In this document: positions 52,469 through 63,600 of the stretch, in pieces
Layout: each line of letters begins with the position of its first letter
Numbering within the stretch: the first letter of the stretch is position 1
Origin: Camelus dromedarius
Taxonomy: Eukaryota
Direction: 5' to 3'
NCBI RefSeq assembly: GCF_036321535.1
Contig: NC_087436.1
Location: 8,432,001-8,496,000, forward strand
Length of the DNA: 64,000 nt
Notes under the pieces: generated by a model
Seen by the model: only the letters and a program-made list of their open reading frames with translations
What the model was told of the DNA's origin: nothing
The model's database searches: none
Program-made: the position numbers and the translations under genes

Positions 52469-55023
52469 AAGATACTCAGCCTAATTTCTAAGGACAAAAT
52501 AATAGTGTTACCAACTTTATCTATTACAGTGAAAAACAAACTCATTGCCATATCTTGTGACAATAAAATACTTCTCTGTGTTACTGTGTATTAAAATTTC
52601 CATATGTGTTTTTTTTTTCCATTTGGGTGAACATGCATATTTGTCTGAAACAGAATGCTCTTGTGTGCAAATCCGCACATCCTATTTACATTAATAAAAT
52701 CTTTCAGAAAACAACATTATATATTTTATGTATTCTACATACAAATATATTTTTTTCCTATTTAGAAAAGTCCTCCACAAGAGAAGTGTTTTCAAATCGG
52801 CTGTTTTGGGATTAAAAAATCAGTGCACATCTATTCTTTATCATGGCTCTCCTATTATACAAGTTTTTATTTTCAACCTTTATTTTTTTACCCTCTTATT
52901 CTAATACTAGCCATGCTACAGGTATTTTTTTTTTTAGTATTTTTTAGTATTTTTATGACATGAAGTAAAATTCCATTGGGTGACTTTTGTCCAATTAGGG
53001 CATTTAGAATAACCTATATGAGCTTCAACTGAAATGGAAAAACTATCAAGAATCTACTTTTATTCTATTATTTTCTTCTTAATAGCAAAGTTTGTGTTTT
53101 CATATTGCTTTTCTTTTTCCCCTTGAATTCTTGATAAAACTTATTTTACAGAGGAGAAGTGAAATACTTTATAATTTGCTTTTAAGACGCATTTAAAATG
53201 GAAGTAAGATAGAATTATTTTATATAGATGTGATTTGCTGTCCATTAACATACAAAGAATAAAGGCGAAAATTTTTATTTAAGAAATGAATTTTCTTTCT
53301 TTTAATCTTTTCATCTTGTTAAGAATGTATTATGGGGCAGAGGAAGTTATTGAAAGTTGTAGGGAACTGTCACTATTACAAATACTATTAAGCTTTTGCG
53401 TTCTGGACACCGCTTGACTGAAATTTTGTAGATCAGAATCCTCTTTTTCCTCCCCTCATTTAGATATTTTTGCAATGTCACAAAACTATTAGATTTCACG
53501 TGGCATCTACAATATCATTTAATTCTGAAATGCCGAGAGCACAGTTGGCTGCAAGTTGTTTGTTGGTGTGATCGTTCCAAACAATTCAAGGATAAATCTC
53601 GCTGACTGACTTTGCTAAAGAAAATTAATGGTGTCAGCAATGTAACCTCCGAGATGAGGGACAAAGACAGGTAGCTGTGGAATCTGAGGAAAGTCACAGA
53701 AAAACACCAGTTACCCTGCATTCCCGGAAGCCTGTGTATCTGCCAGTAGCAAAAACAACACGATTTGAAAAGAACGCTAACATCACTAAGGGTAGACCAG
53801 AGCACTTTTGAGGTCAGCACGGTTTTAGTGCCTCAACTGGCAAAATTGGGACCATTACTGTAGATTTCTTTCTTTAAGGTCATGTCATTTATTTCTTTTT
53901 AAAGGCAAAGCATACATTTTAAGGACAATGGCTACTGGACGAAATTCAACTATAAACTCGTCTGTCTTCAGGTTTCAAAATGACAGACCCATTTTAAAAA
54001 TGCCATAGCTCTTCAGATTGTTCGGAAAAGCAAAATCCTTTAGACGACTTTGAACTTCGTATCTTCATCTTGTTTATGCATTTGTTTCCCTTTGATTTTA
54101 AGATCCTCTAAGGGTGAGTTTCCTTCCTCTGTTCTCAGCTGGTTCTGATCTATCATGCTATTTTCAGTGTCTCAACCCTATAAGGCTTAACATTTATGGC
54201 TTTAATTTTCAGTGTCATGTTCTTTTCAAATGCCAATAAAAACTAACTTTAAAAAACACAAAAGCAGGAGGTGGTTGACTATGTTACTTTAACTGGCCTA
54301 TCCGAAATAGGAAAAAAAAACCAAGCTCCCGATAATTGTTCATTTTTTGACCATGAAAATAAGAGAAATATTGATAACAGTAAGTTGTTCACACTTCCTC
54401 CAAATAATACGGAAAATACATTTTAATTCCAAATATATCTGAAGGAAATTTAAAGTTTAAAACAATGGCTGCATACTAATCATGTTTATTTTAATAAGTG
54501 CCTAGATAAAACAGAGTTTAAAATACAACGTATATGAAGAGGAATATTCACAACACAAACTAACTTCCTCTTACTCCCTTGGGCAACCCGAAGTTAATTA
54601 TGGCCAAAATGACTCTCTGATCCATATTATTTTGAGAATCAGATAACGCAATCACTTGCCATTGCATTTTTTGATTTAAAAAGTCCTGTTAGATGATATG
54701 ACTTGAAAATAATAATGGTAATAATCACAGTAAGTGAAAATCCCCACAGCATACAAATATTTCTGTAAATTTTAAATGTGCACAGTCATGACATCACTCA
54801 CGTGACCAGTTGGAGGGAGAATGTATTTTGACAAAAGACAATTAAATGTCTTTTCCTGAAACATAGCTTCAAATAATACCTTCCATGCATGCCACCTTGC
54901 ATTTTACAATGAATAAAAGTTTAAAATTTTGCATGATTTATGTCATAATATCTAGAAACTCTATCGCTTACTTAGTTCAAGTCCAGAACTAATCATTTCA
55001 TCCTCGATTCAACAAAATGTTCA

Positions 55024-55150
55024 GGGGGAGGTTATAGCTTAGAGGTAGAGCACTTGCTTAGCATGTACGAAGTCCTGGGCTCAATCCTCATCACCTTCAT
55101 TAAATAAATAAATAGACCTAGTTTACCCCCCTCCCCCGCCAAGAAAAAGC
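55024..55150 (+). mobile_element. tRNA-derived SINE, vic-1-like (camelid)
   Basis: gggggaggttatagcttagaggtagagcacttgcttagcatgtacgaagtcctgggctcaatcc contains A-box and B-box remnants, followed by (AAAT)n and a C-rich/A-rich tail; matches the recalled vic-1 consensus. Confidence 0.8.
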
Positions 55151-55719
55151 AAAGCACAAGTGGAGGATTTAAAAAAAATTGTGAGATCTCTAAAAAATGA
55201 ATGTGCATACATAAAGCAATGATGAAACTAAACAGAACTCAGTTCACTTTGTCCAAACAAAAATATGCCTCTTTTTTTTTCTGAAGTTAATGCTTTAATT
55301 TTTTTCTAAAATAAAAAACCCAGACCAATCAACACATTTTTATCTAAAACCATATCCGGAAGGATTTTTTATTTCTTCTTTTCACAAATATTCACTTTCA
55401 TTAGTCAAAGAAGCATGTTGACGCTCCTGACACACTTTTTCTTGACATGTCCATCAGCATTTGCTCAAACTTCCATACATGCAAGTTTCCTCCTCAGAAC
55501 ACAGCTGTATATAATGGCTGGAGTCTTCTATGACCTAAAAACACCTTTCCAAAACCACAGGCTTTCTCTTCCAATATTATAGAAATGGTATGTTAGAAAA
55601 GCAGTAATCCCTCTCTGCAGGAAATTGAAACTATATTATCAAATCACACCCTGATGTGAAAATGGATACCAAGCTATAATCTTCCTGCACACACGGCTAG
55701 TGTACACTGATGTGAGTGT

Positions 55720-57715
55720 GGTCCTGCACTGTGACTGAGCAGCAGATTAGGAGTGGACTGTTGGGGACGGTTTCTAGGATTGACTCATGAAACTTCCTGT
55801 ACAGGATCTTCCATAAAATTTCCCTTTTCTTTGGACATGATCCAATGTGTCTGAAAGCCCAAGGGTTGAAAGACAGAGAACCTCAAGATTAAAGAAACCC
55901 TGGTGTGTAAATTACACCTAGGAAGAAAGACAGACCAGTCAAGAGCACAGTGTTGAAATTTACTTGAGTGATAAATGTCAGTCACATTTGAGTACTTGTA
56001 CATTTATTAGAGTAGCTAGTCTTACATGACCTTACACCAAAATTTTGGTAAAACTGAAGGAGACACAAAATGGCCTCCCTGATGCTAAGGCAGCTTACAT
56101 AGTTCACTGTGATGGGTTAACTTGTTTTCTCGGAGTTCCTTCTAACAGACCCACCTGTTTTATTCCTTGCTACTCTACTGTTTAACTTGCTTGAATGATT
56201 ACGTGCTCAGTCACCCCCAACCCTATGATTTACTCCCTCCCCAAAATAGCTTGTAACCAAAACCCAGAAGCAGTTTTCCAGGAAGAAGTTCATGGAATGA
56301 TAACACTGAAGGAACAACCAGATCCTCCAAGAGCCCCCATGACATGGGAGGGATCAGACCTGATATAGCCAAGGCTGCAGGGAGCGACCGGAAGTTCCCA
56401 CTGACACACAATAAACTTTTATAAAAGACTCTACTGTTCATTATCACTGATATGCTCCGTCCCATTTGCCTATACGATCACCAAGCGCCAACCCCAATAA
56501 GGAGTCACAGTTTCCAAGGCATGAGCCTGCCATGACTCCCCTGTGGGGGGCAAAGCAATAAAGTGGCTCTCTTCTTTACTCCCCAAGCTCTGCCACTGAG
56601 TTTGAATTCACTTTTTGGGGTGCAGAGGCTGATTTTTTGGCAACAAAGCTGGTAACTGGAAATGGCTTGTTCCCTTTACAGGCACCTAAAATGTGTGTCA
56701 TTGGCTTAGTGGTTGGATGACAGGTGGTAAGAAAATAGATATTGTAAATCTTGTAGCTGAAGATCTGGCAAAATGTTCAGGAAAACTATTGCCATTTAAT
56801 TGTTGAAAATTTTCAAAATAGACTATGTGCTTGCCTAGCCTAACTTCACAGAAATGGAGTTAAGACCAAGTGTGTATCGGCTATGATTGGCAGCTTTTAG
56901 CAAAGTACTGTAAGATATGAGATCAAGTAAGAATTGACTGGTCTTCAAATATAGACGCTAATAGAGGAAATAAAGAAATAAAGAAAGTCATGGGGTTGGA
57001 AAAGGCACCACCTCTAGATCACGTCTAGATCTAAGTCAAAAGATTTGAGACTGGAAAGACCCGATAAGACTCCTTTGTTGGATGATTGTCTTAGTCTTGA
57101 GAGAAAGATCTTTCAAACTAATACTGACATATCTGAATCCTTTCCTTCAGTTTACCCCAAATTAGCCAAAAATTAGTGGGATTAACTGTAATAGATTGAT
57201 AAAATAAATTAAAAAATACTGCAGATCTGAGAATTATGCACCGAGAACTTTGCATAGTTTTGCTGCCACATTTGGAAAAAAAAAAAAAAAAAGAGCAGAA
57301 TTCTAATACATTTTAGAGGAATTGTTTTCTTAAAGGAAAAAATAATCCAGAAAAAAATGGCTTGACTATTTTACTTCAAATCATCCCTTGGTGTTCAGAG
57401 TTGCCAAGTAGGAGGAACGCTATAAAAGTCACACACTACCAAATAGGTAATTTTATGCACTTCAGATGTAGCTTTGCAAAATAATAAACAAGGAAAAATT
57501 TGTCAGAATGAGGGAAAAAAAAAATCAAGCAATCCTGCAGAACAATGTAAAAGGAGGCCAATTAGGGAGGGTCCCAGTAAGATGATGCCCCAACAAAGCA
57601 GAAGTTTCTGCAGTGCCTAACCTGTAGGATGTTGCCATTGCTCTGGAAAAGTGATTTCAGTGTGCCTCTCATTCTTCATTTTCCCAGATTAAAATTTTTA
57701 TTATGGTCGTGTGAT
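55720..57715 (+). mobile_element. Decayed MaLR LTR plus MLT-internal sequence, interrupted by the LTR at 56055-56645
   Basis: An LTR-end-like tagagtagctagtc...ttaca is followed by aattttggta...actggaaatgg...acctaaaatgtgtgtcattggctt, resembling the start of MLT-int. Confidence 0.5.
56055..56645 (+). mobile_element. Solo LTR (ERV1-like)
   Basis: tgaaggagacacaaaatggcc...ttttggcaaca with TG...CA termini; AATAAA at 56557-56562; 4-bp TSD AAAC/AAGC with one mismatch. Confidence 0.85.
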
Positions 57716-58842
57716 AACCTTACACCTGCCACAATGGCTATCACCGAAAAGACAACAAATGACAAGTGTTGGCGAGGATGTGGAGAAAAGGAAACTCTTG
57801 TGCACTGTTATTGGGAATGTAAATTGGGGCAGCCCCTATGGAAAACAGTATGCAGAGTCCTCAAAAACGAAAAACAGAATTACCATATGACCTAGCAATT
57901 CCACTGCTGTGTCTTTATCTGAAGAAAACCAGAACATTAATTAGAAAAGATATGTGCACCTTTATGCTTATCGCAGCATTATTTATAATTACCAAGATAC
58001 AGAAGGAACTTAAGTACCCATCAATGGTTGATTGGACAAAGAAGATTTTGTATATATAATATATAACATAAGTTACTCAGCCATTAAAAAAAAGAATAAA
58101 ATCTTGGCATTTATGAGAACATAGATGATTTAGAAGATATTATGTTAAGTGAAATATTCAGATAGAGAAAGATAAATTCTGTACGTTTTCACTCATGTGG
58201 AATTTTAACAGCAAAATATATGAACAATCATAACAAATAATAAACAGGGAACAAAGAAGCGGTTTCCAAGAGAGACGGGGTGGGGGGAGGAAATAAGTGA
58301 AGGAGATGAAGAGATACAAACTTCCAGTTATAAAATAAATGAGTCATGGGTATGAAGTGTACAATGTGGGGAAGATAGTCAATAATTATATTGTATCTTT
58401 GGTAACAAATCATAACTAGACTTATTGTGGGGATCATATTGAAATGTATAGAAAATTTTAAATATTATGTTGTGTAAGAGAAACTAACATTGTATTGCAG
58501 GTCAGTTATATTTCAAAAAGCAATAAATAAATAAAAAAACAAGCTCAAAGGGAAAGAGATCAGATTTGCGGTTACCAGAGGCTGGGGTAAAGGGGTGGAC
58601 ATTTAAAGGTACAAACTTCCAGTTATGAGAAAAATAAGTACTAAAGAGGTAATGTACAACATGATAAATATTAACACTGCTGTATGTTTATATATGAAAG
58701 ATGTTAAGAGAATAAATCCTAAGAGTTCTCATTACAGATTTTTTTCTATTTCTTTAATTTTGTTTCTATACAGGATAATAGAGATTCACTAAACTTGTGG
58801 TAATCATTTCATGATGTATGTAAGTCAGATCATTATGTTGTA

Positions 58843-58947
58843 GTGCTCGCTCCAGCAGCACATACTAAAATTGGAATGATACAGAGAAGATTACCACAGC
58901 CCCTGCGCAAGGATGACACACAAATTTGTGAAGCGTTCCATATTTTT
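58843..58947 (+). pseudogene. RNU6: U6 snRNA processed pseudogene (full length), 5' part of a U6/L1 chimera
   Basis: GTGCTCGCTCCAGCAGCACATACTAAAATTGGAATGATACAGAGAAGATTACCACAGCCCCTGCGCAAGGATGACACACAAATTTGTGAAGCGTTCCATATTTTT aligns end to end with canonical U6, with the ACAGAGA box intact. By eye it has 8 substitutions (4 at CpG) and one 2-nt deletion. The upstream sequence is L1, not a U6 promoter. Confidence 0.98.
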
Positions 58948-59818
58948 AAAATGCTCAATATCACTAATTATCAGAGAAATGCAAATCAAAACTATGATGA
59001 GGTATCACCTTACACCAGCCAGAATGGCCATCATTCAAAAGTCCACAAATGACAAATGCTGGAGAGGCTGTGGAGAAAAGGTAACCCTCCTTCACTGCTG
59101 GTGGGAATGCAGTTTGGTGCAGCCACTGTGGAAAACAGTATGGAGATTCCTCAAAAGACTAGGAATAGACTTACCATATGACCCAGGAATCCTGCTCCTG
59201 GGCATATATCTAGAAAGACTCCAACTTCAAAAAGACACCTGCACCCCAATATTCATAGCAGCACTATTTACAATAGCCAAGACATGGAGACAGCCTAAAT
59301 GTCCATCAACAATGACTGGATAAAGAAGATGTGGCAATTTATACAATGAAATACTATTCAGCCTTAAAAACTGACAACATAAAACCCATCTGCAGCAACA
59401 TGGATGTTCCTGGAGAATGTCATTCTAAGTGAAGTAAGCCAGAAAGAGAAAGAAAAATACCATATGAGATTGCTCATAAGTGGAATCTAAAAAAAAAAAA
59501 AAAAATACAAAACAGAAACAGACTCATAGACATAGAATACAAGCTTGTGGTTGCCAAGAGGGCGGGGGTGGGAAGGGACAGACTGGGCTTTCAAAATGTA
59601 GAACAGATAAACAAGATTATACTGTATTGCACAGGGAAATATATACAAGATCTTATGGTAGCTCACAGTGAAAAGAAATGTGACAATGAATATATACATG
59701 TTTATGTATAAATGAAAAATTGTGCTCTACACTGGAATTTGACACAACATTGTAAAATGACTATAACTCAATTAAAAAAGTTTTAAAAAATAAATAAAAA
59801 AATAAAAGGTAAAAAAAA
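58948..59818 (+). mobile_element. Young camelid-type L1 3' end (ORF2 C-terminus, 3' UTR, A-rich tail) fused to U6
   Basis: Peptide [72 protein letters not shown]-rich tail at about 59770-59818; shares the TSD ATCATTATGTTGT with the U6 part. Confidence 0.96.
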
Positions 59819-61829
59819 ATCATTATGTTGTGTATCTTAAACGTGTACAGAGTTGTATGTCAATTATATCTCAATCAAACCGTGAGACAGTGAACAAACA
59901 AGCCAACAAACTTGCACAATGTGTTATAATGTAATAGTCGTGACATTCTCAATGTCATTATAAATGGGTACAACTAAGATGGTTTGCTTTTCAATTTAAT
60001 ACTTTATTCCTCATTCCTCTGACCTTAATTTTATGAAAATCTCAAAGCTGAACAAAAGAAATTTTTTAAAGGCATACTGTAATATTATTCATTTCTGTTT
60101 GCAGTTGTGTACTATATGAGACATTAAATACTCTCAGTAAGTACTATTTACTACGATCAGTCCTGGAACTTGCTGGCCTTGGGGTCCTCACTGTGGTCTC
60201 TCAACTCATCTTCTCTGTCTCTCGAACTCCAGTTTTCCATCATCTACTAAAAATCTGATGCAGATTTGTCTACTTTAATAAACAAATAAATATAATAGCA
60301 TCTAGGGACAATCAAAGGAAATGCAGTGTTTCTTTTTATCCTCAACAGAATTACTAAAATTAACAAGGATGCTGATTAGACGCTTGGTAAATGTAGTAAT
60401 GGCACAGTGTGTATGTTTACAAAATGCTCCTATTAAATGACGTTAGGGGAAAGACAAAATTGTGAAGTTTTTATTGCAGTAAATGCTAATGTCTCTTTTG
60501 ATTTGAAATCCATTAATGAAAAAAATGTGGAAACAGTTCAATATATATATTTGAACTATATGTCATGAAAGAAACTGTCCATGCAGAACACAGGTATCAG
60601 TGGAAAAATGATAAGTGCTTTCATCAATTTTGCCTTATCATGCACAAATCTAATGTCATTGTGAAGCCACTGAACGGTTTAAGTGGAATGAGTCCTTTAT
60701 AATGTAACATTTGTGGCAGTACAAATACTTTCAGATAGTTCAGGCAGAAATGTGCTGACGCTCCTATTGTCTGATTATTCTTTCCAAACCCAGGGGCAAG
60801 GTTTTACTAAGATTTATGTATTTTATGTGGCTCTGAAGTATTTCACAACTTATTTACTGCTTTGGTGAGCTTCATTATACATTTATTATTATCAAAATAT
60901 GCTCTTGAAAGTACTGTATTTTTATATTTGGGGAGGCTTCACATACAACATGCACTTAACTAATGACATTTTTCAGTTCTATTATTCATAAAAATTTCTA
61001 TAGCTCATCCCTCATGAATAGCAAGAGAACTCTTTATGAAAAGGAGGGAACTGTTTATTTATATCTCATCAGCAGAGTTGCTTGCAGGTTGCAGTTTTTA
61101 ACTGACAAGTCCAGTTTTTCAGAATAAGGGAATGTAAACTCACACTGCACCATTTCGGGATCCTAAAAGATTCCTAAAAGAACTATTATACTTTTAAAAA
61201 TAAGTATCCGATATGAAATTATAAATGCTTAAATATTTTAAAATTAAAAATAAAAGTTAAAACTGTGTATGGCACACTTTGTCCTTTGTTCATAGCTGCC
61301 CTCACTTTGAGGTATATTAATTAAAACACTACTTTGAGAGTGACAATCATCAATATGGTTTTGTTATTTTTTACTAACAAGTCTGTTTTGAACTGTGTCT
61401 TTGAATTTTCCAACCTGAAATGTAAAATAAACTTTGAAAATCATTGTACTAAGTTAGAACAGTAATCCATCAATTTTTGTGCTGCAACTATTAATTGTGT
61501 ATTTTCGAGATGGCACAACATTCTGCAATGATGCCAAACTCAAAAGTTACAACAGTGTCCAAATATCTGTATTGTGTTATGATACATTTAAATATTTATG
61601 ATAAATATATTTATCTAATAATTTGCCCTTACCAGAGCTGAAAACATCTGTTGATAATTGATACTCAAAAGAGTAATGATATTTGTAACTGAATGAGGGG
61701 GAGTAGATCTTTACTGAAGAAGCTTCCACAGTAATAGAAGGTAGATACAGGAATCCAGTATACTGAATAAAATACATTTATGTTCTGTTTGTTAGTAGTC
61801 TACAAGATCCTCTATAATTTGCACTAATA

Positions 61830-62253
61830 TATATTAAAAATATATATATAGAAAAAAATGATCTATCAAGCCATAAAAGACATGGAAGTGACAAAAGATC
61901 ATGGTTTCCAGGTGTCTGGGGAGAGGGAGGGAGGAATGAATAGATGGAGCACAAGGGGTTTTTAGGGCAATGAAATTATTCTGCATAATATAATAGTTGT
62001 GGGTACATGTCATTATCATTTGTCAAAACCCATAGAATGTACAACATCAAGAGTGAATCCTAATGTAAACTATGGACTTTGGTTGATAATGTGTCCATGT
62101 TGGTTCATCAGTTGTACCAAATATGCCTCACTGATGAGGGTAGGGGAGTTTATATCTGTGGGTAGGGAGGGCTATGTGTGAACTCTCTGTATTTTCTGCT
62201 CAGTTCTGTTGAGAACCTGAAACTGCTCTAAAAGAATAGTCTATTTTAAAAAT
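61830..62253 (+). mobile_element. L1MC-type 3' end
   Basis: atttgtcaaaacccatagaatgtacaacatcaagagtgaatcctaatgtaaactatggactttgg...aactgctctaaaa; flanked by TTTGCACTAATA at 61818-61829 and 62254-62265. Confidence 0.88.
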
Positions 62254-62974
62254 TTTGCACTAATAACACAGAAAGCTGAGTTAAAACATGACTGAAATAT
62301 CTGCATCTGTTTTATAGAAGAGATAACTCTTAGCTGCATCTTGTGGATAGATGGACTTCTGACAGGCAGGGTTTAGGGGAGAATAGTTCAGTGAGAGGAA
62401 GTAACTATGAACGACCTCCCTTTGGTCTTCCAGGGCCAAAAATATAAGTGACAAACCTCAAAAGTGCAAAGTCTCTAATGACTTTTCTGTACTTTTGATA
62501 ATCCCAAGACATTGACCAGCTGTGCTGAAGATGGGACCAGCTCCATCGATCTAAACAAAGTTGTTAGACAATTTTCAGTGTAAGTAAAATAAATTAACTT
62601 TGGAAAGGTAATTCTGAAAATTGAAGCATAGAGTCTCAGGATTATAGGGAACCAGAGAAATCACTTAGCTTAAAACTCTATTCTGTAGAAAAGTCTTTTC
62701 TAGAAAAATGTCCTTTATAAGTCATCCTGACATCCTTCAGTAATTCCAGTGATATTTTATTTCCTTCCTTATTAAAAACATTTGTTGACCCACAGCTATG
62801 TAGAGTTGGGCATAAAAATGTGAATAAGATACAGTTTTTTGGCATATGCAAACTAGACGTTAACAAGTTGCTAAAATATTGTTCACTAGCGAAAGAATGA
62901 TGAAAGGATTCCTTGTCTTTTCTCTGTCCCTATCCCGTTTTAAGCCTGTCGCTGAAATTAGCATATGAAATTAT

Positions 62975-63080
62975 GGTGACTGTTTCCTTGTTTCTTTAAG
63001 GTTTTATTTGTATCTGTACCCTCAAGATGTAGCATTTGCCTATCACATAATATGTGTCCCATAACTATTAGTTACTTGAC
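62975..63080 (+). mobile_element. Possible LINE-2 3' fragment
   Basis: ttttatttgtatctgtaccctcaag...agcatttgcctatcacataata. Confidence 0.4.
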
Positions 63081-63397
63081 CAAATCAAACTGCAGTAAAA
63101 TAAGTTTCTATGAGGAGGTGATTTAATTTACATCATAAATATGACAAATGCATTATCTTGAAGGGAAAAGAGCAAAATACAGGGGAAGTTTAGTCTCTGC
63201 TGAAGGAAAATTGTATAGAAAAGAGCAATGGCTATAAGGGGTATTAACAGCTTAACACTGAGGAGTTATGATCTTTATAAAGCCTAATAGTAATAATAAG
63301 AATGACTGCTATTCCAACATAACTGTGATAAATTCAATTATATAAAACTTTGGAATCTTTTTTATCTGTATTCTTAAAGAGTTTAACACATTTTACT

Positions 63398-63600
63398 TTT
63401 TTTTAATTTTCTTTCTTAATCTCATTTTTGACAGCTATCCTTAATAAATGAAAACCATATATATTTAAGGTGTACAAGTTCATATTTTGATATATGTATA
63501 TGATGCAACAAGTTCACCACAATCAAGCAAATTAACACAGCCATCACCTCTACCACTGCTGTGTGTGTATGTGTGTGTGTGTGGGTGAAAGCTCTTAAGG
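63398..63600 (-). mobile_element. L1MA-type extreme 3' end containing a (TG)n tract
   Basis: tatatatttaaggtgtacaa...ttttgatatatgtata...caccacaatcaagcaaattaacacagccatcacctc. Confidence 0.75.

Larger units (their letters stand above)
57716..59882 (+). mobile_element. Older LINE-1 3' end (L1MA9/L1MB-like, two-module 3' UTR) hosting the U6/L1 chimera
   Basis: ORF2 C-terminal peptide [30 protein letters not shown]; the 3' UTR is interrupted at 58842 and resumes near 59832 (...tgtatgtcaattatatctcaat). Confidence 0.9.

Noticed and set aside
55024..55097. tRNA gene
   Set aside because: The A and B boxes are degenerate, no proper acceptor stem is evident, and a SINE-type tail follows.
58843..58947. 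Functional U6 snRNA gene
   Set aside because: The upstream sequence is L1 3' UTR rather than a PSE/TATA promoter. The copy shows CpG-decay substitutions, a 2-nt deletion and a mutated AGC triad (TTAGC to TTACC), and it is fused to L1 within a TSD.
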